A DNA stretch of 39,542 nucleotides from an uncultured Nitrospinaceae bacterium (GTDB taxonomy: Bacteria > UBA8248). A program made the translations under genes and the position numbers. Under the pieces are notes generated by a model. The model saw only the letters and a list, made by a program, of their open reading frames with translations. It was not told the DNA's origin and made no database searches. This document shows, one piece after another, positions 23,628 through 33,783 of this stretch (position 1 is the first letter of the stretch; each line of letters begins with the position of its first letter). The DNA is taken from positions 1 through 39,542 of the forward strand of contig CAXFSR010000011.1 in the NCBI GenBank assembly GCA_964005815.1. The letters run 5' to 3'.

Positions 23628-25031
23628 TTAATAAGCATTTTTATCCAAAAAGCTCTTCCATAGAGTAAGCCATAAAATTTTCAAATCAAATCCAACTGAC
23701 CAATTTTCTATATAAAACAAGTCGAATTCAATCCTTTTTTCCAGAGAAGTATCTCCTCTCCAGCCATTAACCTGTGCCCAGCCAGTAATCCCACTTTTCA
23801 TTTTATGTCTCAACATATACCTAGGGACAGTACTTCTAAATTGCTCAACAAAAAAAGGTCTTTCTGGTCTCGGTCCTACTAGACTCATCTCTCCTCTTAA
23901 TACATTGAATAATTGAGGAAGTTCATCCAGATTCAATTTTCTAAGAAAGGTTCCCAAGAAAGTCCTTCTATTATCATCGGATTTTGCCCATACTGGACCA
24001 GTTTCTGATTCAGCATTAATTTTCATGGATCGAAATTTATACATCTGAAAAGATACTCCGTCCAAACCCATTCTCTCTTGCACATAAAAAATCGGGCCCT
24101 TGCTACCAAGCTTAACGAATAGTGCAATAAGAAACAAAATTGGAGATAAAACTACAACAAGCAAAAATGCAAGAATTAAATCCATCAAACGTTTAAGGAA
24201 AGTATTCCAACCGAAAAGAGGAGATTGAGATAATAAGATTACAGGGAGTCCCCCTAATTGTTCTATTCCTGCATTTAATCTCATATGTTCAACTAAGTCT
24301 GGAACTAATCTGAGATCAACACTTGAATCACTTAATGATTTAAGCAAATTTTCACGTTCAGTGTTAAAATCCGTTGTAAGAGCAACATAGACTTCAGCAA
24401 TTTTTTCTTTTTCAACTATGTCCTTAACTTCAGATAAAGAACCCAGTACTGGCAAATTTCCTATGGAATCAGAAGATGATTCATGTTCAGAAATATAACC
24501 AATAATCTGAAATCCTAAATATCGAAATTCCTCAAGTTGATCTACAACCCTATTTGCCAAGGAGGAAGTTCCAATTACAAGTATTCTTTTTATATCAATT
24601 TCAAGTCTTCGAAAACGACGTATCAATGACCAGAACAATCGTCGTATTAAGAATAAAAATATAGGACTTATCATTAGAAAAAGTGCAAACATAACTCGGC
24701 TATATGTGATTTCTCTATAGAAAAAAGTGATAGCAATAATTAATAGAACAGTTAGAAAAATTGTTGCTGACAAACGAAGAATTTCTTGCGAACTCTTTAA
24801 ACCAATTCTAAATTCGTAAAGATGTGTAATCCTTGCAGATACAAACCAAGAGAATAGAGCAAAAGGCAAAAGAATAAGATAATCAAAAAAATCAGGATGT
24901 CCAAGCCGGACTGGAATGATTTCGACTATGAAACGAAGATAAAATGAGGAGACCCATGCAGAAATCAGAGCAATTATGTCAGAAACACATAACAAAAAAA
25001 CATTTAGTTGACCATATCGTTTCAGGATCAA
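23628..25031 (-). CDS. Undecaprenyl-phosphate sugar phosphotransferase (WcaJ/WbaP family)
   Basis: N-terminal TMs, KR..D, YKFRSM, LDELPQL.NV..GEMSLVGPRPE, GITGWAQVNG.RG, DL.YIENWS. Confidence 0.95.
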   Translation of the reverse strand: MILKRYGQLNVFLLCVSDIIALISAWVSSFYLRFIVEIIPVRLGHPDFFDYLILLPFALFSWFVSARITHLYEFRIGLKSSQEILRLSATIFLTVLLIIAITFFYREITYSRVMFALFLMISPIFLFLIRRLFWSLIRRFRRLEIDIKRILVIGTSSLANRVVDQLEEFRYLGFQIIGYISEHESSSDSIGNLPVLGSLSEVKDIVEKEKIAEVYVALTTDFNTERENLLKSLSDSSVDLRLVPDLVEHMRLNAGIEQLGGLPVILLSQSPLFGWNTFLKRLMDLILAFLLVVVLSPILFLIALFVKLGSKGPIFYVQERMGLDGVSFQMYKFRSMKINAESETGPVWAKSDDNRRTFLGTFLRKLNLDELPQLFNVLRGEMSLVGPRPERPFFVEQFRSTVPRYMLRHKMKSGITGWAQVNGWRGDTSLEKRIEFDLFYIENWSVGFDLKILWLTLWKSFLDKNAY

Positions 25032-25049
25032 AGAGAATCCCCTTTAAAA

Positions 25050-26228
25050 TCAGTCTTTGTTTCTTGACTTAAATAGTTCAAATGCATTCATAAACATTTC
25101 CTGTGCATCATTCTTGAACTTATGACGGCTAAAGTGTTCTGCCTGAGATCTAGCACTTTCGGAACTAAAATAATTTTCATTTTTCTCAAAGTACTCTATA
25201 GCTCCCACTAAATCTTCTACCTCAGGATTTTTAAAGAAAAGACCTGTAGGATCACTTTGCATATGACGTGAGGTATTTCTTCCCATCGGTATAGAATAAT
25301 TTTCACTATTTACTCCTATCACAGTCTCAAGAGCACCTCCAGCACCTAAAGCGATAACAGGTCTTCCACAAGCCTGTGCTTCTAATGGTGTAATCCCAAA
25401 ATCTTCCTCTCCAGGAAAAATAAAAGCTCGACATTTTGAATAAAGATCTACAAGAGGTTTTCCAGTTTTCCATCCTAAAAATTCTATATTAGGATTTGCT
25501 ATTCTACGAATAGCCTCAAAATCTTGACCTCCTCCTACAATTTTTAAAGGTAACCCTAAAATGTTAAATGCCTTAACCGCAAGATCAATCCTTTTATATG
25601 GAGCAAATGCTGAAACAACAAGATAATAATTTTCAGTAGAACTACTAGTTGACTGAAACAAATCTGTATCTACGGGACAATATAGAATCTCTGAATTTCT
25701 TCCATAATATTTCTTTATCCTTTCAGAAACCGTATGACTTATTGCAACAAAATCGCTTACTCCAGAATTAGATTCAAAATCCCAACGTCTTAAATATTTC
25801 ATTATCTTTGGAACTAAGTAAGTCATAGGCCAATTCAACCTATCATTTCCGAAATACTCATCATACGCACTCCAAGCATATCTCATCGGAGTATAACAAT
25901 AAGAAAGATGGAATGTATTTGGACCTCCCAAAACTCCCTTTGCTACACAATGACTACTTGAAAGAATAAAATCATAATCTCTTAGTTCAAAAGATCGTAT
26001 TGCACTTGGCATTAAGGGAAGCATTTCCCTATAGCGTGTATAGGACATAGGAATATGCTGAAGGAAACTAGTTTTTATATTAAATTTTTCTATTTTCGGA
26101 GATACTGACCCTGGAATATGAATCAATGTAAAAAGATCAGCTTTTGGGAAAATTTCACAAAAAACTTCCAAACAGTTTTCACCACCTCTCATCCCCGTGA
26201 GCCAGTCATGTATAATTGCTACTCGCAA
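25050..26228 (-). CDS. Glycosyltransferase family 4 (WbaZ-like)
   Basis: HDWLTGMRGGE, SSSHCVAK, YCYTPMRY.W, EEDFGITPLEAQACG.PV. Confidence 0.93.
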   Translation of the reverse strand: MRVAIIHDWLTGMRGGENCLEVFCEIFPKADLFTLIHIPGSVSPKIEKFNIKTSFLQHIPMSYTRYREMLPLMPSAIRSFELRDYDFILSSSHCVAKGVLGGPNTFHLSYCYTPMRYAWSAYDEYFGNDRLNWPMTYLVPKIMKYLRRWDFESNSGVSDFVAISHTVSERIKKYYGRNSEILYCPVDTDLFQSTSSSTENYYLVVSAFAPYKRIDLAVKAFNILGLPLKIVGGGQDFEAIRRIANPNIEFLGWKTGKPLVDLYSKCRAFIFPGEEDFGITPLEAQACGRPVIALGAGGALETVIGVNSENYSIPMGRNTSRHMQSDPTGLFFKNPEVEDLVGAIEYFEKNENYFSSESARSQAEHFSRHKFKNDAQEMFMNAFELFKSRNKD

Positions 26229-26232
26229 ATAA

Positions 26233-27336
26233 TTATCCCCTATAATTTTCTATTGCATCTTTATATGCAGATAAAGTTTGACTTGCAGACTCTAATATAG
26301 AAAAAGACGCTGCTCTTTCTAAACATTTCTTAGAAAGTTCTTCTCTCAATTTAACATCTTCAAGTAATCTGAGCATTTGATTTTCTAGAACTTGCATATC
26401 AGAAACAGGAAAAACTATCCCCGCATCTCCAACTACTTCCGGTAAAGAACCTGCATCAGAAACAATGGGGGGTATACCCAAACTCATCGCCTCTAATGCG
26501 GGCAAACCAAATCCTTCATATAATGAAGGCAAAACCAATGCATGTGCATTAGAGTAGATCGCCTGGAGAACATCCAAGTCAATTTTTCCAAGAAAATAAA
26601 CGGATGACTCTATAGAAAGACTAGAAATAAGTTTTTTAAAACGCTTATTTTCACCAGTTAACACCAAACAAATTTGTTTATTCATTTTTCTTAAATTGGA
26701 GAACGCTTGAAGTAAAAGTGGAATATTTTTGTGTAATTTATGATTCCCTACATAAAGAAAATAAGTTCTTTCAGTAAGAAAATCTTTTAGTTTTACAGGG
26801 ATTTCTTTAATTTTATTCCTTTCCCAATTTTTGGGCAAAGAATTATATATTACCCTTACTTTTTCATCCCCAATATGAAGTCTCTCATTAATATCCTGAG
26901 CGGAATTTTGAGAAACTGTTAATATTATTCTCGATTTTTTCACTACTCTCTTAATCATTAACCATGAAATTTTCCAATGGAGATATGATGGACAGAAGTG
27001 TGGAAAAATCTGGTGTATCATATCATGTATAGTAACAACTACAGGTGTAACACCAAAAAAAGGCTGAAAATAATGAGGATAATGGATTAAATCAAGTCCA
27101 AAGTTACTTACTAACTTTGGAAATAGAATTTGTTCAGAAACTGAATAAGGTGACGACTTAGAAGGCACAACTTTAAAGTTTGTTCCGGGTGATTTAAAAT
27201 TTTCAATATCGGAGGGATGCATAAATAAAACAAACTCGTTTTCTTTATCTAACTCTCCAATACCGTCTATTAAATTCCTTAAGTAAGTTCCTATTCCAGT
27301 CATAGATATCATGCGAGAATCAATCCCTATACGCAT
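26233..27336 (-). CDS. Glycosyltransferase family 4 (MtfB/WbpY-like)
   Basis: RIGID.R, TGIG.Y, VTIHD, HKN, PSLYEGFGLPALEAM. Confidence 0.93.
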   Translation of the reverse strand: MRIGIDSRMISMTGIGTYLRNLIDGIGELDKENEFVLFMHPSDIENFKSPGTNFKVVPSKSSPYSVSEQILFPKLVSNFGLDLIHYPHYFQPFFGVTPVVVTIHDMIHQIFPHFCPSYLHWKISWLMIKRVVKKSRIILTVSQNSAQDINERLHIGDEKVRVIYNSLPKNWERNKIKEIPVKLKDFLTERTYFLYVGNHKLHKNIPLLLQAFSNLRKMNKQICLVLTGENKRFKKLISSLSIESSVYFLGKIDLDVLQAIYSNAHALVLPSLYEGFGLPALEAMSLGIPPIVSDAGSLPEVVGDAGIVFPVSDMQVLENQMLRLLEDVKLREELSKKCLERAASFSILESASQTLSAYKDAIENYRG

Positions 27337-28496
27337 CGAATTACCACCTCATAAACATCTTCAATAGAAGGAGAAGGATATTCCTTAAGCAGTTTGTTTT
27401 CGTTTGCAGATTCTACTGACACTACAAACGCAGAGTCTCCAAGAGGGCGACAAATAACAGGATCGTTTACTCCCTGAAAAATGCAAATCACAGGTATGTT
27501 TATGGCAGATGCTATATGCGTAGGACCAGAATCATTGCCAATATATAAACTTATGTTTTTTACAACCCCCATAAAAGTACCAATGCAATCGACCTGACCA
27601 GATAAATCAATTACTTTTTGTTTTAGGGAACTAGGCAGATAATCAAATATCTGTTTAACAAGAATCCCATCTGAAGGGCCACCAATTAAAATGACTTGCA
27701 ATTCTTTCTTAGCAAAAATCATTTCTATCAACACCGCTAATTTTTCACATGGCCATCTTTTTTCTGCAAGGCCCGCCCCTGGGTGAATAGCGATAATTGG
27801 TTTTGAAAAATCTACCCTATTATCTTTGAGTAAGGATCTAGTTTTATTTATATTTTTCTCTGTAATTTTTATTTGTGGATTTCTAAAAGGAAATTTACCG
27901 AGCCCCGTTTTCTCTAAAAGATTTAAATTGCTTTCAACCAAATGTTTATCTTCATAATTTGGAACGTCTATATCAAGAAGAAAACCTAACCCTGTCGAAC
28001 CTCGACCAGATAAAAAAGGGATGCCTGCCATTTTAGAAGCTAAAATCAATTGGAAATCCCCCCTTAGATCAATCGCAATATCATAAGTTTTCCCTATTAC
28101 TTTCATTCGAGCCTTCAGCAGTCTAACGAGTTGAAGTATGGAGAAAAAACCAAACTTAATAGTTTTAGGACGTTTAAGCCATGGACAAGGAAATTCCAAA
28201 AAATGAAAATTATTACTATTAAATTGTTCAATATTTTTTATAAGTGAAAAAGACCAAGGTCCTATTACAATATCAATTTTAGCATTAGGAAACCTATCTT
28301 TGAGAATTTCCAAAGAAGGAATAGAAAAAACCATATCTCCTAAATGATCAGGTCGAAAAACTAGAATATGAGATATTTGTTCAGGAAGATTATTTTTTCT
28401 CGAAAAGAATATATCTCCAAAATAATCCAAAATCATAAAACAAAATCTAGGGAGAAATTTCTTATAACTGTATTTTCTTGTTTTTGTCTTAGTCAA
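27327..28496 (-). CDS. Glycosyltransferase family 9 (heptosyltransferase-like)
   Basis: DHLGD, IHPGAG...KRWP, GNDSGPTHIA.A. Confidence 0.92.
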   Translation of the reverse strand: MTKTKTRKYSYKKFLPRFCFMILDYFGDIFFSRKNNLPEQISHILVFRPDHLGDMVFSIPSLEILKDRFPNAKIDIVIGPWSFSLIKNIEQFNSNNFHFLEFPCPWLKRPKTIKFGFFSILQLVRLLKARMKVIGKTYDIAIDLRGDFQLILASKMAGIPFLSGRGSTGLGFLLDIDVPNYEDKHLVESNLNLLEKTGLGKFPFRNPQIKITEKNINKTRSLLKDNRVDFSKPIIAIHPGAGLAEKRWPCEKLAVLIEMIFAKKELQVILIGGPSDGILVKQIFDYLPSSLKQKVIDLSGQVDCIGTFMGVVKNISLYIGNDSGPTHIASAINIPVICIFQGVNDPVICRPLGDSAFVVSVESANENKLLKEYPSPSIEDVYEVVIRCV

Positions 28497-28536
28497 AATA
28501 TTTCCCTTGAAAGTGCTTATATATCTAACTTTTTAA

Positions 28537-29970
28537 TTAATTCCATTTCAAAAGACGCTGAACAGAATTTAAACCTGCGGGTGTAATTCCTCCAAAAACA
28601 AGAACTAAAGAAAAATACACAAAAAATCCCAACAAAAGTTGTAGATAAGATACATCTGTCACATAACTAGAAATCAACCATGCCAATAAAGTACTAAAAA
28701 CAACAACTACAATTGATTTAATACAAGGATATGCAACTTTTTTTGAAAGGAAAAGAATTAGAACTACCAATAAAATGAACTCGGTAATTAACGAAGAAAT
28801 GCTTACGCCAATATAATCATAATCTGGAATTAAAATAATATTTAGAATTATTTTTAATGTAAAAAGTGATGCTCCATAAAACATGAAATATTTTTCATAT
28901 CCCATTCCAATTATCATGGTTGTGAGCAAATATAACAAAAAACTACAAAACTGCGTCCATCCTGAAATCTGCAAAGGGAGGAATGCACCTTTATATTGCG
29001 AACCATATGTCAAATCTATTATTTCCGAAGAAACAAATGTTATAGAAAGACCAATAAACATTCCAAACACGAGTAAAATTGAAAAGATGCCTTTATAAAT
29101 ATCCTCTATTCTTTCTTTCTCAGAAGAAATAAATTTATAACTGATAATCGGCAAAAGAGAGGTAGTTATAGCCATCGGAAAAATTTGAAGGGAACCCGTC
29201 AACCTTATAGCCGCAGAATATATTCCAACTGATTCGGCATCCTTCATCCAATCTAAAATCAAAAAATCGCCGCGAGTGTATCCAATTAGGAGAAAATTCG
29301 TTATAGCAATTGGATAAGAAAAACGGAGCAAACGTTTCCACATAGTAAAATCAACATTCCAGTTTGGTTTTAATTTTTTTATTGAGCAAAAAAACAAGAC
29401 CACAGATCCAATTCCAAGACACAGAAGTTCAATGAAAATTATAGAAGTAATAGAAAAACTCATACTCGCAAAAAGAACTATTGACATACCCGCAAGTAAT
29501 TCACTTGAAACAAAAATCAAAGAAGGTAAAGCCATCTCTAGCTTTGCTTCATATGGTGCATCGAAAATTTGTCTTAAAGATGCTACTCGAAACGAAAAGA
29601 AAACAATTAAAGAAGCTGAAAGTATAGACCAACGCTCTAGAGGAGATGTAACAAATAATATCGCAACTACACAAATTACAAGCCAACTAATAAAAGAGAA
29701 AACCATTCTAAGAATCAGACCACTGCCAAAAATTTTCGAAGAATTTTCTGAATCAGAAGCAATTTCCCTAACAATAATCCTCTGCATTCCTACTTCCGCA
29801 ATTACCGATGCAAATTCGGCAATTGCAAATGCTAAAGTATAAATTCCAAATTTACTTGGGCCAATAATTCTAGCTAAATACATTACAACAACAAGTCTTA
29901 CGACCCTCTCAGATACTCTTCCAAGGAAAACCCATAGAGAATTAGATGCGGCGTTATGAATAAGAGACAT
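28537..29970 (-). CDS. Wzx-type polysaccharide flippase (MOP superfamily)
   Basis: Multi-TM protein; LAR..GP..FG.Y, G.YSAA..L, N..LIP.Y...G. Start placed at ATG 29970 (GGAG RBS). Confidence 0.88.
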   Translation of the reverse strand: MSLIHNAASNSLWVFLGRVSERVVRLVVVMYLARIIGPSKFGIYTLAFAIAEFASVIAEVGMQRIIVREIASDSENSSKIFGSGLILRMVFSFISWLVICVVAILFVTSPLERWSILSASLIVFFSFRVASLRQIFDAPYEAKLEMALPSLIFVSSELLAGMSIVLFASMSFSITSIIFIELLCLGIGSVVLFFCSIKKLKPNWNVDFTMWKRLLRFSYPIAITNFLLIGYTRGDFLILDWMKDAESVGIYSAAIRLTGSLQIFPMAITTSLLPIISYKFISSEKERIEDIYKGIFSILLVFGMFIGLSITFVSSEIIDLTYGSQYKGAFLPLQISGWTQFCSFLLYLLTTMIIGMGYEKYFMFYGASLFTLKIILNIILIPDYDYIGVSISSLITEFILLVVLILFLSKKVAYPCIKSIVVVVFSTLLAWLISSYVTDVSYLQLLLGFFVYFSLVLVFGGITPAGLNSVQRLLKWN

Positions 29971-30163
29971 TTTACACCGTTCTCCGAAAAAAATTGCTAA
30001 AATTATGTAAGCAAAATTCAACAAACTTTAGAAGAAATCAAAAAAACAAAATAAATCATACTTTAACTAATTTATAAATTATACTTTTATTACTAATACT
30101 TGACATAAAATAGAGTTTAGGAGAACGTCTAATAAATCTTTCACTTAAATTATTAGGAAACAA

Positions 30164-31030
30164 ATGGAAGAAAAAAATAAAAAACTTCGTAATTTGATAG
30201 AAGGTAAATCACCAATTGTTGTTCCTGCATGTATAGATGCATTTAGTGCAAAAATTGTTGAAAAAGCGGGCTTCCAAGCAAATTACCTTTCAGGTAATGG
30301 AGCATCTGCAACTACTCTAGGGCAACCAGACATTGGACTAGTGACGATGAGTCAGATAACTTCAATTTGCAGCAATATTACTAAAGCTACCAATATCCCT
30401 TTGATAGCTGATGCAGACACGGGTTACGGTAATGCTTTAAATGTTATAAGAACAGTACAGGAACTTGAATCTGCGGGTGTATCGTGTATTCAGCTTGAAG
30501 ATCAAATCACACCAAAACATTGTGGACATTTCCCGGGATCAAAACCTGTAGTACCTATCAATGAACAACTTGGGAAGCTAAAGGCAGCGTTAGATACAAG
30601 AAAAGACGATAACCTTTTAATTATTGCTAGAACTGATGCTGCTACTGAACACGGGATAGAAGAAGCAATTAAAAGAGCGACTCTTTTTCATGAAATAGGA
30701 GCAGATCTTACGTTTATAGAAATAGAGGGATCCGCAGAAGACTTTGAAAATATTAGTCGCAATGTTCCCGGAAAATACGCAACCACAGTTGACGAATCTA
30801 GAGCAGAACCTGCTTTTACAGTTGAAGAATTAGGTGAAATGGGTTTTAAATTGATTATCTTTCCTGGAATTATTAGATGTACATATTTAAAATCAATTTT
30901 TAATATTCTTACTACTCTAAAAAAAGATAATTCAGTAGATTCAAAAAAGCATTTGATGTCTACTTTTAAAGAATACAATGATTTATTGGGCAAGGAAGAC
31001 TTTGATAAATTGACTGAAAAATATTTATAA
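30164..31030 (+). CDS. Isocitrate lyase/PEP mutase family enzyme (PrpB / 2,3-dimethylmalate lyase-like)
   Basis: DAFSA, G.PD.G, IADADTGYG, QLEDQ..PKHCGH, IIARTDA. Confidence 0.92.
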   Translation: MEEKNKKLRNLIEGKSPIVVPACIDAFSAKIVEKAGFQANYLSGNGASATTLGQPDIGLVTMSQITSICSNITKATNIPLIADADTGYGNALNVIRTVQELESAGVSCIQLEDQITPKHCGHFPGSKPVVPINEQLGKLKAALDTRKDDNLLIIARTDAATEHGIEEAIKRATLFHEIGADLTFIEIEGSAEDFENISRNVPGKYATTVDESRAEPAFTVEELGEMGFKLIIFPGIIRCTYLKSIFNILTTLKKDNSVDSKKHLMSTFKEYNDLLGKEDFDKLTEKYL

Positions 31031-31054
31031 ATTTTAATCATAGAAGGAGAAATC

Positions 31055-31351
31055 GTGATTACTGTTGGCATGTATTATGAAATTATAGAAGGGAAAGAAC
31101 ATATTTTCGAAGAAAAATTCGAAGTTGTTTCGAATGTACTACAAGAACTCCCAGGACATGTACAAAGTTTGCTTTATCATCAAGTAAAAAAACCAAACTC
31201 CTATACAATAATATCAGAATGGGAAACGAAAGATCATTTTACGGCATTTATCAAAAGCGATGCATTTAAAAACGTCACAGATTGGGGGAAAGCAGAAGTA
31301 TTAAAAGATAGACCCAGACATAAAGTTTATGGTGGAGAAAGCAGTGTTTAA
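31055..31351 (+). CDS. Antibiotic biosynthesis monooxygenase (ABM) family protein
   Basis: 98-aa ferredoxin-like pattern G.E..FE..F...PG......Y.IISEWE....F..F..S.AF; GTG start with AAGGAG RBS. Confidence 0.85.
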   Translation: MITVGMYYEIIEGKEHIFEEKFEVVSNVLQELPGHVQSLLYHQVKKPNSYTIISEWETKDHFTAFIKSDAFKNVTDWGKAEVLKDRPRHKVYGGESSV

Positions 31352-31405
31352 GAAATAGGAATATTAGAAATTATTGTTTTAGCACTGCCTATAAGGAGAA
31401 AAAAT

Positions 31406-32287
31406 ATGAGTAAAAAAATAGCATTTCTAGGATTAGGCACCATGGGGGGTGCAATGGCAAATAATATTACGAAGGCAGGTTATGAAGTTAACGGCTACGA
31501 CCCCTTTGAACAAGCATGCCAAAAAGCCCAGAAAAATGGGATAAATATTTTTTCTTCGCCTGCAGAAGCATGTAAAGATGTTGATGTAATACTGAGTTCT
31601 GTTCCTGAAACAGATGATGTGTCCGAAGCTTACTTAGGCGAAAAAGGTGCTCTTATTAGTGCTTCTGAGGATACAGTTTGCTTTGACCTTTCAACTATTA
31701 CACCTGAAGGAAGTATCAAAATTGCGGAAGAAGCAAAAAGAAAAGGAGTTTTCTTTCTAGACACTCCTGTAAGTGGAAGTGCTCCTCATGCTATTGAAGG
31801 AACGCTCGCAATTATGGTAGGAGGAGACAAAAAGGGATTAGAAAAACATAAAGATGTTCTTGAAGTTATTGGGGAATCGGTTCATTACATAGGAGAAAAT
31901 GGCGCAGGACTAAAAATGAAATTAGTAACCAATCATGTTTTTTCAGGACACTTAGCAGTTTTTGCCGAAGCACTTTCATTGGGGAAAAAAGCAGGCTTAG
32001 ATGCAAATACTATAATGGAATTCCTAAAGAATAGCGTTATCCCAAAAATGTTAACTTATAAGGGCACTCCACTTGCTGAAAAAGATTACACTCCAACATT
32101 TAGAACAAATTTAATGCTCAAGGATCTCAGAATGATTACGGCAATGGCGGAAGACTTAAAAATGCCAATTCCAATATCGGCAATCACAAGACAAATATAT
32201 ATGTCCGCAGCTGCTTTAGGTTATGGAGACTCAGATCAAAATGCTATTCTCGAATTTTTTGACAAAAGCGGTGCCATTCAAGAATAA
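31406..32287 (+). CDS. Beta-hydroxyacid dehydrogenase (3-hydroxyisobutyrate / tartronate semialdehyde reductase family)
   Basis: FLGLGTMG..MA.N, D.STI.P, FLDTPVSG, G.L.IMVGG, KLV.N, KDL. Confidence 0.93.
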   Translation: MSKKIAFLGLGTMGGAMANNITKAGYEVNGYDPFEQACQKAQKNGINIFSSPAEACKDVDVILSSVPETDDVSEAYLGEKGALISASEDTVCFDLSTITPEGSIKIAEEAKRKGVFFLDTPVSGSAPHAIEGTLAIMVGGDKKGLEKHKDVLEVIGESVHYIGENGAGLKMKLVTNHVFSGHLAVFAEALSLGKKAGLDANTIMEFLKNSVIPKMLTYKGTPLAEKDYTPTFRTNLMLKDLRMITAMAEDLKMPIPISAITRQIYMSAAALGYGDSDQNAILEFFDKSGAIQE

Positions 32288-32326
32288 TAAATGATTTGCA
32301 ATAGTAAATTTCATAAAACATACATA

Positions 32327-32351
32327 ATTACACACTCTTTTAGTCGGGTAT
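32327..32351. promoter_or_regulatory. Possible Rrf2-family (IscR/CymR-like) operator
   Basis: ATTACACACT-CTTTT-AGTCGGGTAT. The right half matches the IscR type-1 half-site AGTCRRSTAT exactly; the left half is degenerate. Confidence 0.35.
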
Positions 32352-32375
32352 AAAAAATTAATCGTCTTTTTTTAC

Positions 32376-32404
32376 TTGCAACTCTTTTAAGTTCTCTCTA
32401 GAAT
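32376..32404 (+). promoter_or_regulatory. Sigma70-type promoter for rhodanese-MoeB
   Basis: TTGCAA (32376-32381), 17-nt spacer, TAGAAT (32399-32404). Confidence 0.55.
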
Positions 32405-32467
32405 TGCGTCTGTTTGATTTTTTTGTTTTTAAATTTTTGAGAATAAAGTCTTTTAGGGGAAATTTTG

Positions 32468-33649
32468 ATGACTAAAAGTGGAAGAGAACTACTAGATGAG
32501 GCAAGAAATCAGATACCAGAAATAACTGCAGATGATGTAAAAAGCAGATTAGATTCTGGAGAAAATCTTGCACTTATTGATGTTAGAGAACCAGATGAAT
32601 ATAGAGCAGGCTATATTTCAGGTGCTGAACATGTGAGTCGTGGATTCCTGGAATTAAAAATTGAACAAGTAGTACCAGATCGTTCAACTCCAATCGTGGC
32701 CTATTGTGCGGGTGGAGTTCGTTCACTTTTCGCTGCACAAGTAATGAAAGATATGGGTTATGACAACGTTCTTTCTATGGAAGGCGGCTATGGAAAGTGG
32801 AAAGATCTAGGACATCCTGTACAGGTAGATAAACAAATGTCTAATGAACAACTTAACAGGTATAGCAGACATTTTTTACTAAGTCAGATTGGTGAAAAAG
32901 GTCAATCTAAGTTACTAGATTCAAGTGTACTTCTTGTTGGTGCAGGTGGTCTCGGAAGTCCTACAGCACTTTATTTAGCTGCTGCCGGAGTTGGAACAAT
33001 CGGAATTATAGATCTAGATGTAGTAGATATGAGTAACCTACAACGTCAAATTATCCATAACAATACGAGAGTAGGAACATCAAAAGTTGAAAGTGCAAAG
33101 ACTACTATCAACGAATTGAATCCTGATATTAATGTTATTACTATTGAAGAAAGGCTTAACAGGAGCAATGCATTAGAAATTTTCAAAAATTATGATGTGA
33201 TTGTAAACGGAGCTGATAATTTTCCAACAAGATATCTAGTTAATGACGCTTCCGTTTTTTTAGGGAAACCTATAGTAGATGCTTCAATTTTTAAATTTGA
33301 AGGTCAAGCTACCGTATATCACCCATCAGAAGGTGGTCCTTGCTACAGGTGCTTATATCCTGAACCTCCACCACCAGGTATGGTTCCTAGTTGTCAGGAT
33401 GCTGGCGTTTTAGGTGCTCTTTGTGGAACTATGGGTAGTATTCAGGCAACCGAAGTCGTTAAACTTCTAGTTGGTTTTGGTGAAACCCTAGTTGGAAAAC
33501 TTCTTTTGTATAATGCTACAAAATCTCAATTTAGAACTTTAAAAGTAAGAAGAGATCCTGCATGCCCTGTATGTGGAGATAGCCCCTCTATTACTGAACT
33601 AATAGATTATGAGTTTTTCTGTGGATTAAAAGAAGAACCTACTGCCTAG
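32468..33649 (+). CDS. moeB: Rhodanese-MoeB fusion: sulfur-carrier adenylyltransferase/sulfurtransferase
   Basis: N-terminal rhodanese (IDVRE..EY, YCAGGVRS), then RYSRH, GAGGLGSP, SNLQRQ, DNFPTRYL.ND, CYRC and CPVC Zn motifs. Confidence 0.92.
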   Translation: MTKSGRELLDEARNQIPEITADDVKSRLDSGENLALIDVREPDEYRAGYISGAEHVSRGFLELKIEQVVPDRSTPIVAYCAGGVRSLFAAQVMKDMGYDNVLSMEGGYGKWKDLGHPVQVDKQMSNEQLNRYSRHFLLSQIGEKGQSKLLDSSVLLVGAGGLGSPTALYLAAAGVGTIGIIDLDVVDMSNLQRQIIHNNTRVGTSKVESAKTTINELNPDINVITIEERLNRSNALEIFKNYDVIVNGADNFPTRYLVNDASVFLGKPIVDASIFKFEGQATVYHPSEGGPCYRCLYPEPPPPGMVPSCQDAGVLGALCGTMGSIQATEVVKLLVGFGETLVGKLLLYNATKSQFRTLKVRRDPACPVCGDSPSITELIDYEFFCGLKEEPTA

Positions 33650-33783
33650 AGTCCCGAATAATAATTGGTATAAGATTTGACCTATTTCGCTACTTATTCT
33701 GCGTCTTCGTATGAATATAAAATTTAGAAAAAGACTCTGTACTTCGTAAATGCTAAAATTAGGAATCGATTAAAGCATACTAC

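Noticed and set aside
30100..30105. Perfect TTGACA upstream of the ICL-family gene
   Set aside because: No convincing -10 element at 16-18 nt spacing.
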